Source: an uncultured delta proteobacterium (GTDB taxonomy: Bacteria; Desulfobacterota; Syntrophobacteria; Syntrophobacterales; Syntrophobacteraceae). Taken from it: DNA of 64,000 nucleotides. The position numbers were made by a program, and so were the translations under genes. The notes under the pieces are model-generated. The model did not search any database and was not told the DNA's origin. It saw only the letters and a program-made list of their open reading frames with translations. Within the stretch, counting starts at the first letter, position 1. Each line of letters opens with the position of its first letter. Positions 11,233 to 22,100 of the stretch are shown here, piece by piece. Location: contig CAWEHK010000036.1 of NCBI GenBank assembly GCA_963808625.1, positions 62,936 to 126,935 of the forward strand. The letters run 5' to 3'.

Positions 11233-12521
11233 ATGGCAGGAGGGTTCAAGGAGGTGAGCGCTAACGGCGTGAGCCGGCCCGCACCTCATGGCAGCAAACA
11301 TTCCAAGCTGTTAAGGGCCGTCAACACCCTGGGCAGGTGGTTCCCCGAGGATGGTTTTTCCCTCTTGACCCTGGATGAGAGCGATCTCCTCAAGAAGGCC
11401 TGCAAAAAAACCGGCCTCCACGATTTTGGCGATGATTCGCTCCGGCAGCGGCTTGGAATCCTGCTCCATTCCTTCAGGACGGATGCCCATCTGAATTTCA
11501 TCGGGCGGGTCTGCGCGGTTAACGACATCCTGCGGCTGCTGTGCAATCGACTCCGTCTGCAGGAGGATCGCAAACGCCATCCGGAGATTGCCGCTCAGAC
11601 GATCCGACGCCCCCTCTTCATCACGGGGCTGCCACGGACCGGCTCGACCCTGTTGCATTCCCTTCTGGCCCAGGACCCCGCCAGTCGCTCACCCAAAGTG
11701 TGGGAAGTGATGCATCCTTCGCCACCCCCGGAAACGGCCTCCTACGATTCTGATCCGCGCCTGGCGGAGACCGACAGGGAGTTGAAGTGGGTGGATATTC
11801 TGATGCCGGACTTCAAGACGGCCCATCTGCTCGATGCCCGCCTTCCCCAGGAGTGCATCGCCATTACGGGTCTTTCCTTTATGAGTTATGTTTTCGAGTC
11901 CATGTACTTCGTCACTTCCTATCGCCTCTGGCATGAGGACCGGGACAAGCTCCCCGCCTATGAATTTCACCGGGAATTCTTGCAGCATTTGCAGTGGCGT
12001 TGTCCCGGAAGCCATTGGGTGCTCAAGGCGCCCAGTCATCTTATTGGCCCTGGATGCGCTTTTTCAGGTCTATCCCGACGCTGGAATTATCATGACCCAT
12101 CGTGATCCCGTGAAAGTCCTGGCCTCGTGCGCAAGCTTTACCGAAGTGTTGCGCGGGCCCTTCACCGATTGCCTCGACCGGAATGAACTCGGCGACGAAG
12201 TGACGCGACGATGGGAAAAGGGGGCGAAACTTGGCATTCAGTTTCGCCGGGGCAACGCCGATTTGGAGGGACGCTTTCTTGATGTATGGTATGCCGATCT
12301 GGTGCGGGAGCCCATGGCCGTGATTCGGCAGATTTACGACCATTTCGAGATGGTGCTGACGGATGATGCCGAGCGGGCGATGCGGCGGTTTTTGGCGGAA
12401 AACCCCCAAAACAAAAGCGGCGTGCACCGTTATTCTCTGGAAACATACGGTCTCGACCGCGAGACGCGAGCGGCGCCGCTTTCAGTTCTACACGGATTAT
12501 TACGGGATCGAGCCCGAATGA
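11233..12521 (+). CDS. Sulfotransferase family protein (frameshifted ~12045 and ~12465)
   Basis: PAPS-binding loop PLFITGLPRTGSTLLH, WVLKAPSH and IMTHRDP. Confidence 0.85.
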
Positions 12522-13561
12522 TGAGAAAGACTGGGCCATGTTTTCCGTCAGAATTGCGTCGGGATAGCTTTGCCGAGAGGGCCGTGGGCCTCTCTATCTG
12601 GCCGTTGCCACGGTCTTTCTTCTGGATGTTGAGTGAAATCGGCTGGGCCAACATCGGCCGCCAGTTCCTCCTCATCGGCTATTCCTGGCCCCTGCTCCTG
12701 GCCCCGTTCGGCTCTGGTGAATTATCTCGGGGCCGTTTCGTGGAGTTGTCTGCTGCTGACCAGCGAAAGCCGTCCGTCGCTGGCCCGTCTGTTTTTTCTC
12801 CGGCTCGCCGGGGATTCCCTCAACCAGCTTACCCCGACCGCCTCGATGGGGGGCGAAGCCTTCAAGGCCATCCGTTTGCAGGCTGAAGGGCGTGCCCTGG
12901 GAAGAGGCGGCGGCTTCGGTGGTGATTCAAAAGGGCATCCTGGTGATGAGCCTGGTGCTGTACATCTTCCTGGGACTGGCCCTCACGCCGTTTCTACTGC
13001 CCGGCGCTGCCGCTCACCTGGGTTATCTCAGTGTCGGAGCGCTCCTCCTGGGAACGGGGGCCCTGGCCTTTGTGATGGTGCAGCGTCAGAACCCGTGCGC
13101 CACGGCAATCCGTATCTTGGAGAAATTCCACCTCTGTCCGGCCAGGCTCAAAGCGAAGGAGACCGAATGCGCCCGCCTGGATGCCTGGTTGGCGAAGTTC
13201 TACCGGGAACATCCGGGCCGGGGTCTGCTCGCCTTGCTGCTCTTCTTTCTGAGTTGGCTGGTGCACGGGGTGGAGGTCTATCTCTTTTTCTGGCTCATCG
13301 GCCATCCCATCACCTGGTTTCTGGCCGTCGTCCCTGGATTCCCTGGCGGTGCTTTTCGCCGCCCTGGGCTTCATGATTCCGGTCGCAGCGGGGGTGCAGG
13401 ACGGCGGGACGATTCTGCTCTCGCTCGGATTTAACCTCGGAGCAACGCTGGGCGCAGCGTTCACCATCGTGCGCCGCCTCCGGGAAGCTTTCTGGCTCTC
13501 CCTGGGACTGCTGGTGGTGGCCCGGGAAAACTCGCGGACCGTCTGCCCGGAAGGGAGCTAG
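12518..13561 (+). CDS. Flippase-like membrane protein (lysylphosphatidylglycerol synthase TM / HpnL-like), frameshifted
   Basis: Multiple TM segments; RLAGDSLNQLTPTASMGGEAFKA, IPVAAGVQDGG and IVRRLREAFW motifs; start overlaps the sulfotransferase stop. Confidence 0.75.
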
Positions 13562-13761
13562 CGGTCTCTTTTCGAAATGGGACCCTCTAAATCATCCCCG
13601 GCACTAAAAGATCGTCCAAGATTGGCAGACCGACGCGGTTTCGAGAGACCGCGTCGGTCTGCTTGTCACGGACAAATATTTTTCGCCTACGGCCTGACTC
13701 CTCTTTCGCGACCCAGTCGCGGCGGGGTCGGTTTTGCTGCTTATCGAGCTGACCTGCCTCC

Positions 13762-13982
13762 AAGGCTTTTGCCGATTAGCGCTATTGTTCAGCCAAACGA
13801 AGCCAAGGCTGGTCTATGCCGAAACATGCCGAAGCAAAATTCTTCAACCTGTCATTCCCGCAGGGTTTTTGAGCGGGAATCCAGCTTTCAAAGGGTCAAA
13901 ACCTGGATTCCCGACAGAAGCTTTCGGGAATGACGGGTGATTACATGCATGGCTGAAGTTCGACGCTAATCGGGAGGCTTTT
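13762..13982. repeat. Nested palindromic REP/MITE-like element
   Basis: Outer inverted repeats CCGATTAGCG/CGCTAATCGG and TTCAGCCA/TGGCTGAA enclose GTCATTCCCG...GCGGGAATCCAG...CTGGATTCCCG...CGGGAATGAC (13851-13934). Confidence 0.7.
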
Positions 13983-14077
13983 TGGTCCCCGGACCGAAAT
14001 CGATCCGGCTCTCATCACGTCGTAGGATCGGGCACTGGTAGTGCGCTGAGGCCCCTTCAACGGAAGCATCAAATCCT

Positions 14078-14215
14078 TTACCCGCAAGGTATGCATTCCC
14101 CTTTATCCGTAAGGCATCCAAGGCAATAGGTTACATAGCACGTGCGACATTCACTGGTGGTTTTATCCTGCTCGAAGTCGCAGGCTGAGCAATCGATCTT
14201 GTCATCAATATCCAT
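14078..14215 (-). CDS. 45-aa cysteine-rich microprotein with four CxxC motifs (below the ORF-track cutoff)
   Basis: AAGGAG RBS, then MDIDDKIDCSACDFEQDKTTSECRTCYVTYCLGCLTDKGECIPCG-stop. Confidence 0.7.
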   Translation of the reverse strand: MDIDDKIDCSACDFEQDKTTSECRTCYVTYCLGCLTDKGECIPCG

Positions 14216-14308
14216 GGCTATTCTCCTTTTCATCAAAAGCGAAGACAGGGGCGGTATTACTGTCCCTCGTCAAAGATAACCACGGTCTCAAAGAATTGAA
14301 GGTCAAAG

Positions 14309-14536
14309 TCACCTCGCTATCCGCTGCCTTTCTCCCCCACGGAACTGGAAGCCAACGATTGCCCTACCCACAAAGATGTGGTTACCGATCGTCTGGGGTA
14401 TTGCCACGACTGAAATCTCTCTCAGGCTCGGGTTAGCCTGGCACATTTCTCTAGCCTTTGTCCAAATTGCATGAGCCGCTTTCATGCTTCCGTCACCGCC
14501 AATAAGGTAAAGGATGTCAAGGGCGTTTGCGGCCAA
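14309..14536 (-). pseudogene. Fragment of a 6-phosphofructokinase gene
   Basis: LDILYLIGGDGSMKAAHAI and VVAIPQTIGNHI (degenerate IPKTIDND); the rest of the gene is absent. Confidence 0.7.
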
Positions 14537-14896
14537 ATTATACTCGTTGAGGATGAAAAGTTTCGTTCCTGGGGATTTGCTTTTTGGGAGCGCGGCATCT
14601 GCCAGCGCTTGCCGCTGTTTAATGGCGTTGGGTCGTTCCTTCCAAACAGCCCTGCAAAGCCATCCCGAAAGCCCGAGACCTGTAAGTGATTCTTGCGGGG
14701 TTCACCTATATCATGCCTGACAGCTTCTGGTGGAGGATCTGCGCAAAGCGCGTGTCACTCCACAATCCCGGAATTACTTGTAGATCAGTGAGATGGTGAT
14801 ATGCTCTACCTGTGATTTCGGATCAGGAACCTTACCCCACCAGAATGTCGCGGGCGGAGTCTATTGGAAAGGAGCCTCATTTTGATCTTATTTCGT

Positions 14897-14994
14897 ACCA
14901 CGAAGGACAGGAAGAGCGCGAAGCAATCGATGCGTCTCCGTTGTTTTCTTCGTGCTCTTCCTGAAAAAAAGAAGCCTATTCTTGGACAACTCCT
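14897..14994. repeat. Degenerate second copy of the 10944-11084 element
   Basis: ACCACGAAGGACAGGAAGAGCGCGAAG...CTTCGTGCTCTTCC followed by ATTCTTGGACAACTCCT, matching the right end of the first copy. Confidence 0.55.
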
Positions 14995-15046
14995 TTGCGT
15001 TTCCTTGACCTCGATAGGAGAGGCTGGGTGGGGGTGTCGTTCAAGT

Positions 15047-15105
15047 AAAAAAGAAAACCCGGCGCGCGCCCCACTTCCAAGTTCTCTCTCGCCGGGTTCT
15101 CTTTT
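15047..15105. terminator. Bidirectional rho-independent terminator-like hairpin
   Basis: AAAAGAAAACCCGGCG...CGCCGGGTTCTCTTTT just downstream of the minus-strand gene ending at 15136. Confidence 0.6.
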
Positions 15106-15135
15106 ATATTTGGTCCAGATGGCCAGCCTGTGCAG

Positions 15136-16056
15136 CTAGGCCCTTCGCCTCCTCGTTGCCCAATAAGTGCTTCCCGTGATGAGCACGAAAAACATCACCA
15201 GACCCGTATAGGAAAAGGCGGGCACCGCGAATCTTGACTCGCTCCCCAGCCATTGAAACACATTTTCTGTAAAAAGCTGATTATCGGCGGTGCTTCGGTA
15301 ATTATCATCCATCAGGTTCACATCACCCAAAACAACCACCCTGCCACGATTCACTTCGGCAACCGTTACCGCCGCCAGGCCGCCACCAGTCCATGCTTCT
15401 TCCTGGGAAGGAGGGGCACCGGATATCTGACCGGCCGCTCGCATCATAATTGTGGAAATGCCCTGGAATATCGGATGACTTCCAAGATTAGTGATATATA
15501 AATCAGTTGGATTTAGAGAAGATAAACCGAGTTCTGTCCCGAATTCGTGGGAAATGGGATTGATATTAGGGTTAGGGCAATCTGTATTCTCTCCCATAAT
15601 CAGCAATCCCCCGCCGCTTTCAACAAACTGCTTGATTTTATTGACCTCATCAGCCGTGTACACACTGTTCCAGGCGGAGCCGAGACATATAACGATGATT
15701 TGATAGTCATCAAGATTAACATTTAAGATACCAGCACTACTTTCATCAACAATAAAGCCAATGCCATTTAAAAACTGTGCTAAATTCTGGAAAACACCTG
15801 ATGGGCTATAGTCCACATAAATTCCATGAGAAGTATCCCAAAGTATCCGTTTTTCACCTGCCTGCAAAACTGGTCCCGCAGCAGCCGCTGTGCTGGAGGC
15901 CCCCTTTACCCCGTCTACCAGGGGCAGGTTGGTAGTGATATCAACTTCTGCATGAAGCGATGAGGCCGTGACCAGGATTCCAAGGGCCGCGGCGAAAAGT
16001 AAAAGCAATGTCATGAAAGAAAATGGCTTTTCGTTTGAATGTCTTCCGATCTGCAT
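15136..16056 (-). CDS. Secreted DUF4350/class-I GATase-like domain protein with IPTL-CTERM-like sorting tail
   Basis: Signal peptide (...TASSLHA); ILWDTSHG, FVESGGGLLIMGE, GRVVVLGD; C-terminal VPAFSYTGLVMFFVLITGSTYWATRRRRA. Confidence 0.7.
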   Translation of the reverse strand: MQIGRHSNEKPFSFMTLLLLFAAALGILVTASSLHAEVDITTNLPLVDGVKGASSTAAAAGPVLQAGEKRILWDTSHGIYVDYSPSGVFQNLAQFLNGIGFIVDESSAGILNVNLDDYQIIVICLGSAWNSVYTADEVNKIKQFVESGGGLLIMGENTDCPNPNINPISHEFGTELGLSSLNPTDLYITNLGSHPIFQGISTIMMRAAGQISGAPPSQEEAWTGGGLAAVTVAEVNRGRVVVLGDVNLMDDNYRSTADNQLFTENVFQWLGSESRFAVPAFSYTGLVMFFVLITGSTYWATRRRRA

Positions 16057-16609
16057 CGGTTGTCCCCCTCCCGGCTGGTGTTTGTAATCATGTTCTGGAA
16101 AGCAGACCGCAACCTGCGGCACGCAACTTCAAAACTTCCCCAATGGTCTTGAGACATTGGAGAAATTAACCTGGAAGAGCCCAAATCGGGGCCCTCCATT
16201 GCAGCGACTCACCCGAAAACATAAAAAGACGGCATGTTCCCTTATGAATACATGGCAGGAGGAGAATGTCAAGAAGAAACACCGCCGCCTCGCTGCTGGA
16301 TTCCCTTCCGGCCACTTTCCCTCGATGCGGCGCAAGGACGGGACCATCTTTCCCTATTTGAGAGGGTGTCCAAAAAAGGCTAAAAAAGCAGCGCTGAGGT
16401 GATTGGCGCGAATCACCAGGGCGCTGTGGGAAAATCCGAAATGGTCATTCCCGCATGCTTTATCGATGACCCTTGACGCGTCTCGACGCAATGAGGTGGT
16501 TCTCGAGAAATGCGCATGTATCAAATGGAAAATAATGATCAGAACGGACTGAAGGTCCATTAAGCAGACCTCCCCAGCCTCTCGACAGCTCCCGTGACGG
16601 ACTGCCGGG

Positions 16610-16625
16610 TGGCACATATCGTGCT
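16610..16625 (+). promoter_or_regulatory. Putative sigma54 (-24/-12) promoter for the rhodanese-transglutaminase-Rhs operon
   Basis: TGGCACATATCGTGCT has GG and GC at canonical spacing, ~300 nt upstream of 16931. Confidence 0.45.
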
Positions 16626-16930
16626 CAGGTAATACCCGGCGTTCCCGGCTGCCTCCCGATCTCGCAATCATAGCCGGGAGCAATCGCCCGAAAATCGTGC
16701 GGTATTCCTCGGTATAGGCATGCGGGGGTGGCTCCGCCTCCTTTGGGGAAGGTCTCCTGGGGGTGACGAACTTGGTCATCTCCCTGCCGGTTTTGGGCGA
16801 TCGAAGGAAATCGTGCCTGTGATCGGGTGCCGAAGCCCTGACTCAACTCGGTCCTTCACAGGGAACTCCGTGCCGTGTTCACGTTGGGAATCGCAGTGAC
16901 CGTTGACTTGCTCTTCATTTTCGCCGTTCC

Positions 16931-18176
16931 ATGGGGTTCGCAACCTGGGGGTCGGGGCTGATGCCGAGAATTGTCTCCCTCTTCATCATCGCGTCAGCCT
17001 TCATTACTTTGGTCCTGGGCAGTGTCGGCATAGCAAAACAGATGAGCCGCGAGCGCCCTGACGCTTTCGACTTTGGGACCATTTCCAACGACGCCGAAAA
17101 CCGGCGGACCTTCCTTATCCCCAATGCCCGCGACCAGAAACTGCACCTTCTCACGGCCGCATCCTCCTGCGCGTGTGTGCAGATTCTATCCTACCCTCAA
17201 GAGATCGCACCCCATCGGAAAGGGGAGGTCACCGTGCGATGGCTGCCCTCCGAGCCGGGTGAAAAGGCCTGCAAGATCGTTTTCGAAACCGACGATCCCG
17301 GCAATGGACCCCTCTCATTTGAAATAAGGGCGAGCATCAAACCATCTCCCGGAGCAGCGCCGGGAGAACTGTCGCATCCTGGAGAACGCCGGAGCGGCAC
17401 CAAAATACCGTCTGAATGGCTCACGAGAAGACTGAAGCCGCGCGATCCCGCCCTTGTGGTTTCCGTGGAATCCATTTTGAAGGAGATGAAGGGAAAGCCG
17501 GAAGCGATCCTGGTTGATGTGCGCCCTCGGTCCGAGTTCGAGAAATCGAGGATTCCGGGCTCCATCCAGGTCGATTTGTTTGCGGTTAAGACAAAAAATT
17601 TGCTGAAGGCAAAACCCCTGGTCCTGGTCAACGAGGGATACAGCTGCAGCCGGCTTGAAGAAGAGGTGAAAGGGCTCAGGGATGCAGGCTTCATGGCGTC
17701 GATTCTTGACGGTGGCCTCAGCGAGTGGCGCCGGAAGGGCGGTCCCCTCGAAGGCGATGCCTTTGCGCAAAAGGACCTGAACAAAATTCCTCCCCAGATC
17801 TTTTTCCAGGAAAGGGTCTATGACAACTGGGTGGTGATCGATGCGACAACGGCAAACAAACACATGGCGGCATCCCTTTTGCCGGAAAATATTCCCATGG
17901 TTTCATCGAATGGTCCGGAACCGCCTGCGGCTCAGCTCAAAGCGATCATGGCCAGGCGTAAGGCCATGCCATCTCTTTTCTTCCTGATCCTCGATGACGA
18001 CGGCAAAGACCAGGAAAGGCTGGAGAAGCTCCTGACGGAGGCGGGCATCAGCAGGGTGTTCTTCCTCGATGGCGGCATCGCGGGGTATCGGTCCTTTCTC
18101 GAGCAGCAGGCAGAGCCTGCTGCAATCCCAAGAACATCCAGAAAAGGTGGTCGGACGATGCGCACCCTGCCCTTAA
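16931..18176 (+). CDS. Exported DUF1573 (Ig-like) plus tandem rhodanese-like domain protein; probable indel ~18110, corrected C-terminus ...RCAPCP
   Basis: Signal peptide; SSCACV...EIAPHRKGEVTV...FETDDP (DUF1573-like); LVDVRPRSEFEKSRIPGSI, SILDGGLSEW and VFFLDGGIAGY (rhodanese folds). Confidence 0.75.
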
Positions 18177-19082
18177 AAAGAGCCAGCCTGATTTGTGCCG
18201 GATTTCTGTGCAGTTTTTGCCCTCACAGCCTTCTTCACCGCAAAGCATCTCCCGCAGGTCATGGCAAAGGGCTCGCGCATGGCAGCCCCGGCGCCGGTCA
18301 CGATGCGGCATCTCCAGTACCGCTTCAGCTTGCAGAACGGCGAGACTCAGCTCTTGGACAAGGCGGAGCTCTGGACCTATGCCCCGGTAAAGCTGACGGC
18401 GGCCCAAAGGTGTGTGAGGCTTGATGCCAACTATCCTTATGAACTGACCGTTGACGACCTGGGGAACCAGGTCCTTCATTTTACGTTCCACGACCTGCCC
18501 CCGTTTTCGACCAAAGTGATCCGCATCGAGGCCGATGTCGAGTTGCTGAACTCCCCCCAGACGATTCCGGCGGCGGACCGCAATGACTTCCTGCGAGCGG
18601 AAAATCACATCGAATCGAACAGCCCCGAGGTGCTTGGCCTGGCGAAAAAGCTCAAGGCCTGGAATACGCTCACCACCGCCCAAAATATCTTCCGCTGGGT
18701 TTCGGAAAACATCCGGTATGCCGGATTTCACGCTGCCGACCGTGGGGCCCTCTATGCTCTCAGGAAAAGAGAGGGGGACTGCACCGAGTTCATGTCGCTT
18801 TTCGTGGCTTTGTGCCGGGCCAACGGCATCCCGGCACGAGGGGTCGGCGGCTACGTCTGTTCCGGCGACACGATCGTGAAAGCCGGCGACTATCACAACT
18901 GGGCGGAATTCTATTGGGACGGGACCTGGCACCCGGTGGACCCCCAGAAGAGAGCCTTCAGAGAACACCCGGAACAATACGTGGCCATGAGGATCATCAG
19001 CGGTCAGACGGCAACACCGATGGGAGACTCGAATCGCTTCCGCTTCGTTGGGGAAGGGCTCAAGGTGAGAATGGAATCATGA
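18158..19082 (+). CDS. Transglutaminase-like superfamily protein, N-terminally anchored (indel near the start)
   Basis: Catalytic triad motifs GDCTEF, YHNWAEFY and WHPVDP. Confidence 0.88.
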
Positions 19083-19164
19083 TTGAGAGTTCATCAATCT
19101 TCAGCATGCTGTTGTCAGGAGATATTCATCAGGACTTGCGGTGTTCAGCAGAGGGGAAAGCACC

Positions 19165-22100
19165 ATGAGGATTGCGAAATTATATGGCAGGCTGGCAGCT
19201 TTGCTGGTCATATTGCCATTCTTTATTGCGCCTGGGGCAATTCACGCCGCTACTACCTCGGGTAGTCTCATCGGGAATGAAGTCTGGTCAGGCACCGTCA
19301 CCCTCACGGGAGACATCGTTGTCCCGTCGAGCGTAACGCTGACCATTAAACCTGGAACGAGAGTTGTCTTTCCGGCAGGGTCCGACGACACGTCTGGGGG
19401 AGAGGACCCTGCGCGCACGGAGCTCATCGTTCACGGCTCACTCGTTGCTGTGGGGACAGCAGAGAGCGGGATAACATTTACCTCGGGAACACTCACCTCT
19501 CCGCAGCGGGGGGATTGGGGTGGAATCCGGTTGGTGATGGATGAGGCCAATGGATCGGTAACCATTTCCCATGCCACGATTGAATATGCGACTTACGGGA
19601 TCGCCATCCGAGCAAGAACTTGCACCCAACGGTAGTCAATCAAGAACTGCATCGATCCAGGAGACCTCAGGGGAGGGCAATCTATGTAAGTGGTGAGGCG
19701 TGGTTCGAAGGTCTCGGTGAAAATCAGTGGACAACCTTACTCCGGAATCACAATGGGAAGGGCCTTTACGGTTATGCAACAGACCTGGAACGGAGCTTTC
19801 CGGGGAGATTTCCGGAAAATCTGATTGAATACAACGGCTGGAAATGGGCTGGTTGTATCTGTATGCAACGGCAGCGGGAGCGATTTGGCGATAGATCGCA
19901 ACACCGTTCACGACAACCAGGAATACGGGATCATCCTCGAATCGACGTGATAATTATACTGCTGACTGCTCATGCTCTCTTCAAGAGTTCGCGACAACAA
20001 GGTTTATGCGACCGGTATGGGTATTTACTTCGAAGCGTACTCATTCCGGGATGGAGGTGGAGATTGTTGGCAACGAGGTTTATCAGGGGTTGGTCGGGAT
20101 TTACTTGCCACAGTTCCGGAGGTCATGGCCAAACAGTGCATACGGTGATCATGGGCAATGATGTACATGATAACAGCCAGCATGGGATTTCTTGTTTTTC
20201 CGATATCGGTGATCTCCGACTGAACCCGGAAATCATCGGAAACCGAATTTATCAGAATGGTTCCGACGGCATTCACTGCACGCGAAGGAAATACATGGCC
20301 TCAAGTCACAATTGAGCCGCTGATTGCACTGAATACATGTTCGAAAATGGCGGTCTGGGGGATTACCTGTGAGGCGACCAAGGCTGTTAAGGTGGTCTTC
20401 AACGATATTCACAACAACGTTGGGGATGGATTGGCTATGTTGAGGGGCCGAGAGAAGTCGATTGTCGCATATAACAACCTAATGGAGAATAGAGGAAGTT
20501 ACGAACTGGTGAATGGAGCGGTGGCCGCCGACGCCCGCTTCAATTTCTGGGGAGAGGCGACGACCGCTGGAAATGGAAGCAGGCGAGAACCCGAAGAACA
20601 TCAGCAGGATTTACGATTCACTTGACTACGATTACCCGAACCAATGGAGCCTGGTGGATTATTCTCCCTGGTTGACAGGCCCGGTGACTCTTCCTGATAC
20701 GCCGACCTCCAGGATCATCTCACCTGTAAACGGCAGCACCCTGGAGGTATCGGTGCTGCGCATCGAAGGGATTGCAGCGTCAATTAATGGTGTGCTGCGC
20801 GTCGAAGTAAGCCCCGACAATGGTGCCACCTGGTATGAGGCGGAGGGGACCGATTTCTGGAGCTACCACTGGCTGGTTCCGCGAGTTGGTACCTATACCT
20901 TTCTCTCGCGGATGACCGACCGCGCGGGTCATGTGGAAACTCCTGGTGAGGGCGTGCGGGTGACACTGGATGAGAGCATCCCTACAACCTCGGGAGCTTT
21001 GCCCGATGATGAGTGCTGGTCGGGCGAAGTGGTAATTACCGGCGATGTGATCGTGCCTCGTGGAGTCACCCTGACCATCCAACCCGGGACCGTGATTCGA
21101 TTCCCAGCACTGAATGATGATCAATATGGAGGAAACGACATCTCCCGGAGCGAAATGATCGTCAGGGGCTCCCTTATTGCGGTGGGGACGGAGGAGAACC
21201 CGATCGTATTCAGTTCGGCATCATCGAGCCCGGCTCCCGGCGACTGGGGTGGAATCCAGGTCGTGACCGATGAAGCCGATGGAACGGTAAGGCTTTCTCA
21301 CGCAACAATTGAATACGCCAGTGTTGGGCTGGCCGTTTCGGCGCGTTTTTATTACTCCTCGGTGACGATTGATCACTGCAGCATCCAGTATAACCTGGGC
21401 GATGGGATCAACATCAGTGGCGCGTATTATTCGAAAGTCGCGCTCGCGCTTATCGGGAACCTTGTTCGGAGTAATGGTGGAAAGGGGATTTCCTGCTTCT
21501 GAATCGGATATGATGCCGTGTTGACCGGTGAAATCTCGGAAAACTTGATCGAGAACAACGGTGGGAGCGGTATTGAGATCCAGACATCTTATGGTGCCAG
21601 AAGTGATTTGACAATAGCGGGCAACACCATTCACGACAACCGGGATTATGGAATTCTTTTGTACTCAGAATATTTTGGTGACGCCGACGTTTCTTCCATA
21701 AGAGTGCGTGGTAACACGATTTATGCGAGCGGCAAGGGGATTTTCTGTTCCACCTATTGGACCGGGATGGATGTTGAGATCAGCGGAAATGAGCTCTATA
21801 ATGGAACTACAGGCGTATCCTGTTACACTGCCGGAATTCGGAACCAATCGCTCCGCGCGACGATTACCCGGAATAATATTCATGACAACTCTGACCGAGG
21901 AATTCACTGTTACGCCGACTGGGGGGACACGAATCTCTATCCGGAGATTATCGCCAATCATGTCCACCGCAACAGCGGTGGTGGAATCCGCTGTGCGAGA
22001 GCTGAACTGGTGCTGCCCGCCGCCTGTAATCGAACCTGTGATCACATTGAATACGATCCATGATAATGGAGGCCTGGGTATTTACTCTCAGTCCGCCAAT

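Noticed and set aside
16354..16846. Minus-strand ORFs in the divergent intergenic region
   Set aside because: No family motifs or convincing protein-like composition; the region more plausibly holds promoters.
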